DNA of 64,000 nucleotides from Ramazzottius varieornatus. Its lineage: Eukaryota; Animalia; Tardigrada. Of the stretch, positions 1 through 12,614 are shown one piece after another (the stretch's first letter is position 1; every line of letters starts with the position of its first letter). Location: positions 535,337 through 599,336 of the forward strand of contig BDGG01000010.1 in the NCBI GenBank assembly GCA_001949185.1, in the 5' to 3' direction. The notes beneath the pieces were generated by a model, which saw only the letters and a program-made list of their open reading frames with translations, had not been told where the DNA came from and did not search any database. Position numbers and translations under genes: made by a program.

Positions 1-1667
1 GCGCTCCAGTTCGGCATTGTTCCGCAGTTCGCTGTCATAAAACTCCCGTTGGCGCTGCATGGCTTCGTTCTTTGCCGTAGTTTTCGCAGCCAGTGAATCT
101 AATTCCTGCATACGGAAGCATCGTAAGTGGATCACGGAAAAAGTAAATTACAACATCATTCAACATCGGAAAATATCAACAATCTACTTTAATATATGTT
201 TGGCGTGCGATTAAGATTTAACGAACTTTGTAGGGAAAAAGACGGAGATAAAAGTCCATATCAGAAGTTTGCCTGATGTTGTACTGTACACGTACGATGG
301 AAATTTGTGGGACAGTAAATATTATGGAACAGGCGTTTTCGCTACAGCGGTACGGAAGCACGTATGTACACAGCGGATTCACACTAATATACTGGTCAAC
401 ACTTTTCTACGGTCGAATATCCATTTTGCCGTCCTTTCCACCTGTCCCATAATTTTTACTGTCCAATAATTTTCCATCGTGCGTGTATTTATCTACCGCG
501 TCAACCATACCTCCTGAAGTCGCCGAATGTCGTCGTCACCACTTTTTGCGTGCTGCTTGATCTTCGACCACTGTTCGATCTTAGCGTCGCGTTCGACCGT
601 AGCTTCAGCCACTTGTTGAGTTAATCTGCCCAGCTCCACCTTGGCGCCTTTCATCTCCAACCCCATGTTCTCTTCGTCTCGCCTGGATTTGTCTTCGTCG
701 ACAGCCAGCTTTTCAATGCGCTGCATACACTGCCGGACCTTTTCCTCATCTTCCCGACAGTACTTCTCCAGTAGCCGGTACTCGCTCTGGTGCTTCTCCG
801 AATACGTGATACAGGCGTCGATCAACTCCCGGTCCAGGTCGGTCTCCGTCTGGAGGTCGGTAATTTGTTTCGTCATCTTCTCTTTCATTTTCTATCAGAA
901 AAAAGTTATGAATACGTTCCAACCCGCAGAAGTGTGACATGTATGGACGAGAAGGCTAGTTACCTGATCGCGATGACATCGGTCGATGTACTGCTTCGCA
1001 GTACTTTCCGTCCGCTGTTTCTCCAAACCCAGATGAGACGTCTCCAGTTGTTTCAGGCTGACTTGTTTTTGCAGGGACTCTACCTCTTCCTGTCGGGCTG
1101 CTTTCAAGTTCTAAACGACAGAGCGAACATATGTGTGCCTTCTTTCGTATTTAGTTCAGAAAATTAAGCCCATGCGCACCGTTAGAGAGTTGAACTGAAT
1201 TTGCAGCGAGTCGACATAATGCTTCCGCCTGGTCTTCTTCAACCGGAGCAACTCTAGCTTTTCCTTTTCTTCTTCGGCCAACTCGAGTTTCGCAGCCAGT
1301 TCTTTCTCCAACTGAAACACCTCGTCGTCCCACAAGCCGACAGTTGTTTCCTTCCTTGTGCTGCTAACGCCTTCTCGGTCATCCAAGCTTTGAGGATGGC
1401 CCATAAGGTACTCTGGGTTCGCTGCACTCCGGCCATCCGATAAAAATCGCTCATCCTCCCAAGGGTCATCATCCAGGAAAGCTTTCTCGGTTGCACTGCT
1501 CTCAATGATACTTTCGACAATGTGCAAACCTTGGGCCAACAGGGATTCTTCCGAACTTGGCTGCGCAACAGCATCTGTCTGAAAGGAAACTTAGTCCAGT
1601 TGAAAATTTAATCACGTGGTCAGTTAAGTTAGATATGGGATGCATGCATACCTGACGGTTCTGGCAT
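1..1667 (-). CDS. CCDC39: Coiled-coil domain-containing protein 39-like (axonemal ruler), 5' part; gene continues beyond window start
   Basis: Spliced from ATG 1667 (MPEPS|DAVAQPSS). Exons encode LEKYCREDEEKVRQCMQRIEKL...VELGRLTQQVAEATVERDAKIEQW and QREFYDSELRNNAELER, matching CCDC39 motifs (KY..QDE.KI..L...IEK; ER...I.QW; FLE.E..NN.E.E). GT-AG introns. Confidence 0.7.
289..485. mobile_element. MITE, 197 bp, TA target-site duplication, in CCDC39 intron
   Basis: About 47-bp imperfect TIRs: CACGTACGATGGAAATTTGTGGGACAGTAAATATTATGGAACAGG vs reverse complement CACGCACGATGGAAAATTATTGGACAGTAAAAATTATGGGACAGG. TA at 287-288 and 486-487. Confidence 0.75.
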
Positions 1668-2611
1668 GTCAGATTTGTAAATGTTTTCGAGCAGACTTAG
1701 ACTGTTGATATCTCACTGTGTCCGAGAAACTTTAGAATGCTTCGACTTTCATGATAAAGTTTGAGACCACTCACATCTCCCCTTGCCTGCTTTACAACCT
1801 TGAGAAGAAAACTGCCATTCTTCGACTAGTCTTTGCCTTCCAGAACCTCAAGACAGCTAGAGTCTTGTTACCTTGGGACCAACATCGCGGTCAACATTGC
1901 TGGACATAATCTTCAGTATACTCACGTGAACCGGGCAGGCTGTGATAAACCCGGCGTCATTGAATTTTGATCGAGATGCGTTTCAGCATGCAGTTTGATT
2001 CTCTGGAGCAAAATACCATATGGCCACTGTGGAGCCGTATCCAGTATACCGGACCTTGCTTCCACAAGCTCTGGAAGAAATGATGCAATGGAAAGCTAAC
2101 TTTTCACCCCTTGACCGAACGTATGTTGGAAGCTATTGGGCGTGATCATCTCTAAGCAGCTGGACGTTGACAACAGCGTTTTCTAGCCTTGGGACGTTCG
2201 AAGTACACAGCCAACCGGAGCCGCCAGTATTTTGCGCAAAATCATACGAACCATTTGCAAAACTCATGATGCCAGCTTACATTGGCATTATTTCAAAATC
2301 CCAGTTATTGTTTTATCGACAATGACTTTTAACCAGTGTTCTGAATAATGTAACTATCATGTTCCAAAGAGCGATACTATAGGTTAAGCACGATCGAAAG
2401 TGGTAGAACAATTGGGTGCCAAGACTTCCACCTAACCGTCTTTCAAGAGCACATGTTGCGAAACGTGGGTCCACCTTGACGGCGCACACAGTGAAGGGTC
2501 CACGACATGAATAGGATCAATCCATACGCAACGCCTGCAGGTAAAACATTTCATGATTTCACACCGTGTGTCCATATTTCTGCATACATAACCAGAACCG
2601 AGCAACACAAA

Positions 2612-3724
2612 TTACAACCTACCGAAGCAGAAGATCATACGCGCCAAGAGGTCGCCACTGACAGCAGCCATGAGACTTTTTGGACCAGCGAGTTGCGCCG
2701 AAGATAGGGTGGTGGCCAGAGGACCAGTGCCCGGCTGCAGACCGACCGAGCAAAACACAGCGGCGTTGTACGAGAGCACCGCCATCAGACCCATGTGGCC
2801 CGCAAGGTACAAACAGAGATTCAGGGAAGCAGTAGCATAAGCGTTAAAATACACGCTTCTTCTCATAACGGACGCGAAAGCAGCGAACCAAGAACTGATC
2901 AGGCACAGGCCCAAATATAAGGTTGTCAGAGCAAGATCAATGTCGTTGTAGGGGAACTGGAACGAACTCTGCTCGTTGCCGTAAATCTGGAGGCCTTTGA
3001 TGGAAACCGCGGTAATGAGAAAACCCAGAACAAGTTGCACCACTGACATGACTTGAACGCAGTCCATGTATGACGCCAAAGGCCGAAGATGACTTTGCCC
3101 GTTCAGCTGGATGTTGAGTTTAGAAATGACGAAGAGAAGCAAGGTTTGGACTGTAAGATGGATGATACCATGCACCGCAATGAAGTGGCCGATCCAGTCT
3201 TCAGTGCAGAAAGAAGGATTAGTGACTGCTCTATAAAATTGATTGGCCAAACGGAGTATATTATTCGAAGCACCTGTGATAGTGGTCGTTTTGCAAGCCA
3301 TGATCCTCCACGAGACGTCATCCTTCAGCTGTGAAGACGCCGAAAGGGCTGCCAGAGCCAGAACGGGGTAGCAGTACGGGTACCAGTTGTGGCCGGTTAG
3401 AATGGTCTCAGCTTTCTCTTCGATGCTTGTTCGTACTGCTCCATACAGAGGGCGTATTCCACAGGAGATTAAAATGCCAGCGGCTAGGAAATACCCGAAG
3501 CACAAGGCGTACGTAGCTGCGAAAGGTGACTGAATGTTGAAGATGTGCAGGATCAAACCCACAACGCAGGCCATGAACATCGTTGCGCCAGCCACAAACA
3601 TCAGCGCATTGCAGATATCGGCGAAGATTGTCAGGTATCTAACAGCTGGGTGGACACGAGCGGGAGGAATATACGGAGCATCCGCGTTGTAATAAGCCGG
3701 CAATGGTCGATCTCCCATATTCAA
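2612..3724 (-). CDS. Intronless multi-pass membrane protein (370 aa, about 7-8 TM), tetraspan-like duplicated architecture
   Basis: Long open ORF with repeated hydrophobic segments; first helix VRYLTIFADICNALMFVAG resembles tetraspanin TM1; no CCG motif. Confidence 0.6.
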   Translation of the reverse strand: MNMGDRPLPAYYNADAPYIPPARVHPAVRYLTIFADICNALMFVAGATMFMACVVGLILHIFNIQSPFAATYALCFGYFLAAGILISCGIRPLYGAVRTSIEEKAETILTGHNWYPYCYPVLALAALSASSQLKDDVSWRIMACKTTTITGASNNILRLANQFYRAVTNPSFCTEDWIGHFIAVHGIIHLTVQTLLLFVISKLNIQLNGQSHLRPLASYMDCVQVMSVVQLVLGFLITAVSIKGLQIYGNEQSSFQFPYNDIDLALTTLYLGLCLISSWFAAFASVMRRSVYFNAYATASLNLCLYLAGHMGLMAVLSYNAAVFCSVGLQPGTGPLATTLSSAQLAGPKSLMAAVSGDLLARMIFCFGRL

Positions 3725-4819
3725 TTTGAATATTGGACTACTCTAGGATTAAACTTTACGTACTTTAAAGGCCTGAGAAAATCTTATTGATGCTTTAGAG
3801 ATTAGTGATGGGAATTTAACAGTGAACAGCCTGCTGCAATGCCAGACAAAGTGCAGTGACAGTAGAGCTGGTTGACTGTGAACAGGAAGTAACACCCATA
3901 CAGTATTCCAATAGACCGGAAATTTTCATAGCATGATGGTGCGTGATGATAGGAAGTTTTTCTTTGCATTCTTTTGGTTTTGTCTCCCCACAGCCACAAC
4001 GTGTGCGTCGGTAGGGCGGGACGAATGTTTCTTCTGTCTACACAGAGGAATCTGTTGCTGTTTTTCGGTCAAAGCTCGGAGAGCATACACAACCGGGGAG
4101 TGACGCCTGAAACCACGTGAGTTACTGTAGCATCCATATAGGTAACTTTTTACACCGCAACCTAAGGTACATGCCTCAGTTGTATCTTTGGAGACTTATT
4201 TTATTTGCGCAATGCACAAAAAGAAGCCACTTTGGTCAACTTGCCAGCAGTTGGTTTTCATTCAGAATTTTGCCGACGCTTTTCGATTTCTGGCTAGGGC
4301 GCGCATACAGTAGGACCCGAATCCCTGCATTTTACCGACTGCATGGTTAGTTGACTTATCTTCCGAGTACTTCAACGCCATCGTCGATAACGAGCGTAGA
4401 CAATACCATCCACTTGTTCGGCTGAAATACAGTGCGCCCCACACCTTATTCATGCTTTCTCCAAAACAATTCCGAGCAGTTAAACTGTCTGGAAGAATGT
4501 AATCGGCTTGAATTTCCGGAACAAGAGCCACCTCACCCTTTGGGTACGCAGATTGAAGGACTTATCATCCATGCAGTTCGACTGTCGCAAGCTCTTGTGA
4601 CAAACCCGACGTTTCCGTTTCCAATCTTCAAACCTGTCAAGGTTATCGTACTGATTCTGTTGAGCCACTTAATTCGTGGCAAAGCCCGGTTCAGCCGACA
4701 GGTTCTAGTTTCGTACTTAAATTCAGCGTAAAACTTTTCCAGTATCGTAGCCAGACTTCTTCGATTACATCTGCCCAGTTGCCACTGTGTTGCAGTAATT
4801 CCACTGTACGTATCTCAAG

Positions 4820-6264
4820 ATGGCAAAGCTCTTGGTTTTGCTTGCATTTTCCGTTAGCTTAGTTTTGGCAGACGACAAATCTCGTGCAATCCAGGACGGC
4901 GCCATCTTGATTCCCCATCCTGGTTCACCCGGTGTTCCAGATTCCCGCCTCATCGCAGAGTGTCTGCGGAACGATCAGTTGTCACTTCAGCTTCAAATCT
5001 CCTACTCGCCCTTCAGGTCCGGCCGAGTCGAGTTCACCCTGGGTTCGAACACCACATGTCAAGACAGCACCGGCATCACCATCCTTACCACCGATGGATC
5101 AGCGGTGACCAGCGTGGGTTCGCCCTCTGTCTTCGCTCAAGCCAAAGACTGTGGTGCCACTGATTTCTTCGATACCGTCTCCAACAGACTGACACGCTGG
5201 TGGAACGTCAGAGTACAGGAGACGTACGTTGAAGGTCGTAGAGAGCGTCAGCTGACCTCTACGGTGAATGTTATCTGCCAGATGACACCACAAGTGCCTG
5301 ATGGCGAACTTAACCCTTTCTCGCCAGCCCCACCGCTCGACGTCAACAACACCGATACCATTCTTTCCCCTCTGCATTTCACGTAAGAAAAGATTACTGG
5401 TATCTGCTCAAACAAGCCCTGTTTAATCCTGCCGACTTTTGATTTCTGTACTTCCGGGTGCGAGAAGTGATTAACCATGTATGTACTTTGGTTACAGTCT
5501 GACCAAAGTCAGCTCAGCGTCCGCCGCAGTCTGGATGTTCCGCTTGGAGACAACCGATTCTTTCCCCCGAAACGGTCAGTACCGCATTGAAGACTGCGAA
5601 GCTGTTGCTGAAGAGGATGAGTCAATCACTGACGACCTCATCAAGACTGGGTAATTAATTCTTTATACGGCTCAAGTTTGCCCGATCGCTCGTTAACGTC
5701 GATATCACCTAACTTGTCTTCAGGTGCGTGAAGGATTCGGGCACCACTGTCGCAACGGCAAGTGGTGTCAACCACTTGACTATCAAGGCTTTCAAATTCT
5801 CCGAAATACCGGAAGCTACCATTTATCTGAGATGTACCGTAAAGTTCTGCCGCTTGGGCTCCGGCACCTGTCCTGCTGTTCATGCTTTCGATGAGACCGA
5901 TTTCTGTCCGAATGCCGAAGCGCCAACGACTCCCGAAGTAGCGACAGAGGTCACCACCGATGGGACGACTGAAGAGGTTGTAACCGAAGCTCCAGTGAGC
6001 ACTGAGGAGCCAGATGAGACAACGACGTCTGAAGTTGTCACGGAAGAACCCGCTGAGGTTACCACTGAAGCTTCCATCGATGAGACCACCGAGGATACAA
6101 CCGAAGAACCCGCTGGAGCTAAGAGTCACACGAGCAAGCCGCGCACATCGCGAAAACCAAAGCGGACCACCGCCCGCATTGCGGCTAGAAAAGCAGGTGC
6201 TAAGCTACTCCGAGTCCGTCGATCGCCAAGCAATTTATACCCTTGGATTGTGCAGAGAAACTAG
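4820..6264 (+). CDS. Secreted zona pellucida (ZP) domain protein, cuticlin-like, with Thr/Glu-rich mucin-like segment
   Basis: Signal peptide MAKLLVLLAFSVSLVLA; exons 4820-5382, 5498-5649, 5723-6264 join in frame; ZP-C motifs LIKTGCVKD, IKAFKF, IYLRCTVKFC; furin-type site RVRR near C-terminus. Confidence 0.8.
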
Positions 6265-6437
6265 GAAGAGATATCTTAATAGTTTTCTACTGCGTTCTTC
6301 GATACAGTTGTTTTGTTGTGTAGTTCTAGTTCTTGTTTACCGCTCGATAAAATAAAATAAGAACACCAGCCCAGCTCGATTGCGCCTCCTGCCCAACAAT
6401 ACTGCCTTTGAGTGATAAGAAAATCAACGCAACTGAG

Positions 6438-7539
6438 TTACAACGCCATCACATGCGAAAAGCTGTCCGAACGTGGAAGGTCATTGCCCGTCTTTCGCCA
6501 AGGCAGTCTCGTGTGCTGGAAGAAGAGCTTCTGGTCTTGGTATTCGGATGCCACGCAAGGTCCACGTGTATACAAAGCTCCAATCTCCACTTCGCCGTCC
6601 GAAAGATATGTCTTTACTGCCACTTTGAACATCAGCGTCCCTTCAGTGATATTCATGAGGTGAGCCCGGAAGTCTTGCTGGTCGCGCGGGTCATACCCAA
6701 GCGCAGGGTTTGGGTTGAACGAGATTAACAGCGGTGCAATCGGCTTCTCCACTGTCTTCCCATCTGAAGTGACCGATGCTTGTTCAAACAGTCCCATGAC
6801 GCTTCCGTTATCCGGCTTCTCGCTGTCCGTCCCGGGTAGAGCCTCGACTGTCTTTTGCGAGATTCTCTGACCGGCCAGGGCGGCTGCTGAATGGTTTGGA
6901 TTAGGCGGGACGATGCTGCGGAAGGGTCCAGCGAAGAAGTTGCGATCAAGAGGCTCTGCCTGACTGTTCGGGCTGAGGCAATGGAAGTTCTCTGAAGGTT
7001 TACCGTCGATGAGGATCTTCAAGCCAAGGCCCGGGTTGAATGATTGGTTGTTCAGTGCGCCGAGAGATAGTCGAATGACACCGACCCCACCGGAGCGGAA
7101 AACTCCAGTGTACTGCAACACAAAGCGACGAACAATCAATCAATATCAATTAATACTGTCAATACTCGCCTGAACTTACTTTCCGGGTGGTATTGGGTGA
7201 AATGACCAGTTGGATTTTACAGGTAACGCCGTATGCATGAGGCAGTTTGGGTCGCCCAACCGGCATTTCGTCTGCGATGTGGAGAAATACCTGGGACATG
7301 AAATCGACCGAAGCCAGTTTGCTCATGCTAGCAGGTGGGGCGGAAGCAGTTGGTAAGTTTTGGGCATCGTAGGCTTGTTCAGAGATGCGTCCCCATAGAA
7401 CGCTGAGCTTGTCCTTGGCTGACAGGGACTGGTAGCCATCAGGAAGAGGATCGTATGACAGGACCGTTCTGCTGAAAATGACAAGACAAAATAAAGCTGT
7501 ACGTCTGCAAAAAGCACCACAGTCACCACTTCGATCCAT
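6438..7539 (-). CDS. Secreted catalase-fold (heme catalase-like superfamily) protein, about 344 aa
   Basis: Exons 7539-7180 and 7112-6438 (phase-0 intron). N-terminal hydrophobic signal; ordered motifs RPKLPHAYG, YTGVF, IRLS, PGLGLKI, SENF parallel catalase RVVHAKG, VRFS, RGFAVKF, NWDL. Confidence 0.65.
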
Positions 7540-7885
7540 TTTGTCCAGAGACGGTTGCAGCGAAGTCTAACCGAAACTAATAAGGGAGAGACCCACGATA
7601 ATTTATGGGCTTTTGAAACTTGAGAAATCGGAAATGTGTCGTGTGGCCCTCTGCAGACATTTTAGCTGCTTGAACAAAGCTGCGACAACTTTCAACGGTG
7701 AGAAAGTCCGATCAACCATCGGTACAGCTCGATACCCTGAACCGGTCCAACTAATTACCCTTTATTTGTCTCCTTTCGGACAGAGGCATGACTTGCAATC
7801 AACAGCGAGTTGTAAACAAAGAACGGTTTCCAGTAAAGTGCGTCCTTGTATGACAAAAACATTTCGGAAACTCAGCGGCAACGCA

Positions 7886-10301
7886 TCAAACCTGCCGGCT
7901 AGTTGAGGCACGAGACGTGCTGGGCATGTGGTCACTGGTTGATGGAGAACCCAAGGTATGGGAATGTCGTTGTTTGGCTAACGAGACAGCTTTCTGCGGA
8001 TCGACATTGACGTAAACCGGTCGGTACAAAATGATATCGTCGCTGCCACCTTCCGGAGTGACGTACGAGCCATCGTACACTTGGCCAACCTGGAACTCTG
8101 GACTGATGTACATGCCGCCTTCTACATAGTCCGCTGCCACATCTACAAAGCACAGCGTGGTAAAACAGAATTTTAAAGTCAGATACTCCATCAGAGAAAC
8201 CATTTCACTGGAAATCTGAATTGACAGAAGTCGTAGCAGGAGACGTACTGACCGTAAGAAACTGGAGGGGCCACGCCCAATGACCTGTCGCGAGGAGGCT
8301 TGGTACCGATCGTGATTGGAAACTCCATGTGTAGATCTTCGCCTGAATTTTTCATCACGACACACACCTACATTCAGAGACACCTAACAAACGATGGAGA
8401 ATCTCTCGGGCGGTAAAATTCAGTGGTACACACCTTGAGCACATAGTAAATTTGGATGAGGCGGCACATGCCAATGAGCGTGGGAGGGCAAACGGGGATG
8501 ATCAGTTTCGAGGTCTTTTCTTTCGTGTCGGTAGGTATCACGGAGGATGTCACTGGGCTACTGGAAAACCTGACGTCGGAATCTGGCTCGATATCACTTC
8601 CAACGTGCTGCAGGATTAAGTGATGAATGTCCTTGCCCACTCCCAACGGTCCTCGATCAATGAAATACTCGACATACTGCAACCATAAAAATCTCATCAT
8701 ACTGTAGTTACTGCACTCGGAATCATCAATTCTCGTGCCGGGTTTAGCGTCTAATGATTTTTCCTCTAAAATATGTCTGTTTGTGCCAGCTCTACTCTTC
8801 ACGCACACCGCAGAAAAATTATGAAGAATTACCGGTTGTGTTTTTCAGTGTGTCTCTTGGTGGTACTTTTTACTCTGTGGAACTATTGGACAATTGGGAG
8901 CTAGGCAATCAAACATACGATATCGTTATCTTTGGTGGCGCACCCTTTCAACCAATAGCAATAGAAACCTACGCCACTTGCACATGTGACTCTGTACGTT
9001 ATATTTACGCAGCTCCCAATTGATCGTTTGTGGAGCTGGTATAAAAACTGTGAGAAAGGGATCAGGGCGGGTGATGACCAGCTAAATGGCCTGGAGAGGG
9101 GCTTTTAGAGTGTGTCCCGGAAAGGCTTAATGTGGCCGGCAGGCTTCCGGGGAGGGCTGCTGAGCTTTGTTCCTCTCTGCGCGCTATGGGATGCGAAACA
9201 GGATGCATCGATCTATAGCTCGCACTGTGCGGTTTTTGCACGCCTTATCCCCCATTCTCAATCGGACTTGGGGGAAAGCGCATAATTGCTTCTTCTGAAC
9301 TCTCTACTTTTAGAAAGGGAATAGCCTACTTGGTACAGTTGGATCCGCAACTGCGCAGACTCGTTGGACTGATTATTGACATCACAGTGCAGCTGTAAAC
9401 TTTCGCCGCAACAATAAGCCGTCCGCGGTAAGGTACAGTTCAGGCTGATGGGTCCTCGACGGCAACAAAAACAGCAGAGAACTTTGACGTCTTGAGCAAT
9501 CACCGGGATCTAAAACACAGGGCAACGGTACATGTCTTGCTTTGAGCTTCAGTTCGACTGTTATGAAAGATTATTTCAGCGAGGGTAACTGATTTTTCGT
9601 GGTCCGAACTCGTCGGTTGTCACTATATGGTGCGCACCATGTATTTGTCTTCGTTGCAGTCGATAGTGGGAGTAATGACGGTAAAGTACTTGATGCCTTG
9701 TGGCGGCGAGGCGTATGGAATGTCGATGGTAACTTTGATGTAATAGCGGATGTTGCCGGCCTTACTCTCGAAGGAGCACGGTAACACTTGAGTGCTGGCT
9801 TCCGGCACAAAGAACCTGAAAGGCAGCTGATGATGGCCACGAGGCAGGATGGGAATCGACTCTTCCGTTTCCTCTATCAACAACACATACAGTGTAACCA
9901 TTGATAAACCGCAGAAAATGTGCATGTTTGATCCTTAAAACCGCTTTCATTGTCTCAAAGGTTGAAATTGACGAACACAGTCAACACACTACACACGTAC
10001 AGTACACATTGCGTGAAGTAAAACAGAACTTTTGCTTCTGACAACGAAGTAATAAAATGAGCTTACCAGTGCCCCAAATGAGCATTTTGTCATCCAGGAA
10101 ATACTGGTCATCTTTGACGGTGCGTCGTTCGCCGGACTTCATGACTTTCCATTCGACGTGAGCGCGACCCCGTAAAGTGGCGCGGATATTGCGCATCTTG
10201 ATGTTGTCGCGATTATCCAGGATGACATGGCCGGTCAAGTATTGTCCGGGATAAACGTACTCACGATCCAATTGAATATCAAATCGCCGAATGTAATCCA
10301 T
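7886..10301 (-). CDS. Arrestin domain-containing protein (alpha-arrestin, ARRDC family)
   Basis: Six exons: YPGQYLTGHVIL..RGRAHVEW; LPRGHHQLPFRF..LPCSFESKAGNIRYYIKVTIDIP; RTAYCCGE; LIQIYYVLKV; DLHMEFPITIGT; EGGMYISPEF. Confidence 0.92.
9051..9260. repeat. GC-rich intronic element with imperfect terminal inverted repeats
   Basis: TGAGAAAGGGATCAGGGCG (9051) vs reverse complement TGAGAATGGGGGATAAGGCG (9241-9260); inner CCGGAA...TTCCGG pair. Confidence 0.35.
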
Positions 10302-12614
10302 CTAAACGGCCCCGAATCACTTCCAGGTCAGCTATCGCTGAGTAAACAGACTCCTCTCCTTAACATTTCCTACAACGACACTCTTTCACACACTTCCTCC
10401 TTCAGCTTCAAGAAGCAACAAACGCACAATCAACGGAGACCAAATCTACGATCCACCGATACGCTACGAAAATTGTTCAAAAAGCTAAACTTCGCTTTCG
10501 ACACACAAGCGTATTTTCTGGCGGACAAAGTAAGGATGTTTCTAGTGCCGGACGAAAACTGACTGAGTCACTCTATACGGTGGATCATTCGGTAGTGTTG
10601 ATCGCATCTTCTCGTGGAACAAGACCGAACACTATCATAATTCCACGGATTCGAGTGGAACAGACGAGAAAGTGTTACAGCCGCGTAAACCCAAGGACAA
10701 GCAACGCACTGTTGAGGTCGGTGAAGGCCGCTAATGGAAGTGGTACAGAATTTCCTTCTGTGTCGGTTGGAGGCAATGTGCTTCCCTTTTAGGCTAACGA
10801 TGTTTAGACGAGCTGAGACTGCATATCAGCGCTGCATGGGAGCTTAGACGGGTCCCAGCGGGAACTGCATAAGGGATGGTAGTGCACGACACTTAATTAC
10901 ACGTCCTATTTACTGCCGATGACTGAATGACGGACATCAAGTTTTTGCATAAGAATCATGCACTGAATAAACCTCCGTCCGAACTGCGACCAACGAAGGC
11001 GTTGTCGTGTGGCCAACGCAATGGCGCCCTTGTTTGATTTATTCAGCAAACGCTTCACTCCAACGTCGTAATGCAGTTTGGGCTCTCAACCTAGAATAAT
11101 TGCCAAAGCCATTAAGTCAATTGAAGATTGCAGTCTTTGGACTGTCAAAGTTTGCTTTATACCCTCCCCATTGATTTTTCCCCTCCTTCAATGCATTGTT
11201 AAAAAATTACTCATGCATACGACATGATAATTTTTTATGTGGCTTCTCGTACACGAGTAGACCGTCTGCGTAATGTCTCCCTTCCAACTCAACGACTCTC
11301 TTCTTGAAAAAAAATACCTCTAAACTTTCCAAAAAAGATTTACCACCGAACTCAGCATTGCTTCTTACCTTGGAATGAAGATGCGTTGCGGTGGACCGAT
11401 GAATGGTTGTGAACAACCCGAGAGCCGCGTTGAATTATGCAGGAAAGGAACCAGGAAGTACAGTCGATTGACGGGCCAATCCAATATTCCCCAATCGTTA
11501 TTATTTGTGCAAGCAACACAGCAATTAGGACAGTTGACACAGGTAATCATCGATAAGTGCACAACACACAAAGGCCACCACGGTTTGATCCCCAGTGGCT
11601 CTCACTGTGTACTGATTACTCCAGCGGGAAAAAAGGAGTACAAGGTAAAGAGCGTAGTTGCTCTGCGATTGGCACAACCGGAAAAAAGCAGAACTGCAGT
11701 ACAGGCAGAAAACTGGAAGCGTTGGAATGTAGTCAAAATCATGAAGAATGGCTGTGCGCGCTGTCTCGGCTTGACGACTAAGATGGATCATGGATAAAGA
11801 AGTCAGTGCGTTTGCGCCACGTTGGCGAGAAGGACTTCCATGATGTGTCTACAGCGCGATAGGGTCATTTGGGTGGCGGAGTGTGGGACTGACATTTGCG
11901 TAGCTGCCTTGCTCAGATCAGCGTAAATGTGCCGTTACACGCTGCTGGGATCGGAGCTGCAGCCCGCGCTTGGCTGGATGGGATAATACTGGTCGTATAC
12001 TTTGAGCTCTTGGATGGGTTATCTGTTTGCCAACATGTGTATGCCATTGTCCGTTGCTGTATGAATGGGGTGTTCGCGCATTAGGATATCCATGCAATCT
12101 CAATCGATTTTCTTCACTTTGGACGTTTTCCAGCACTCGCATCGTCCGATTGCCAAATTTGCATTATAAATTATTCTGCCAAATCTTTAATTCGACTCGA
12201 TCAAATTTCCTCGATTTCGATCAAAACAACGTCTACTATTCCAATGATCACTCAAACGTACAGTCGTATCCCATGGTAGAAAGCGCGCATCAGTACGTTC
12301 ATATTGGGTCCTAATTGTGGCGCCATCTGGCCTTGAACCTTGAACCAGTTCGTAAAGGCGTTCTACGGTAAGGTTCTTGGACTGTCTGGAACGTAATCTT
12401 TGCGAAACCAGCGTAGCTTTAGTTGGTAGTAAACTTGATAAAGCCTTTTTCGTTGCTAGTGCTGAACAGGCACATTCAATCTTCATTGCGAAATATAAAC
12501 CAAAGTCAGGGAAAAACGCCATAATGCGTCTTCCTTGGTTAGAACGCGCACATGGCTGATGTCTATCTCAATAAGTTTAATCTAAACTGTGCTCTGTGTG
12601 GAATCTGAGTAAGC

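Noticed and set aside
9051-9275. Possible intron-embedded RNase P/MRP RNA
   Set aside because: Could not find both complementary P4 (CR-I/CR-V) strands.
10400-12560. Numerous 60-140 aa ORFs upstream of the arrestin gene
   Set aside because: Overlapping on both strands, no domain signal; consistent with chance ORFs in regulatory DNA.
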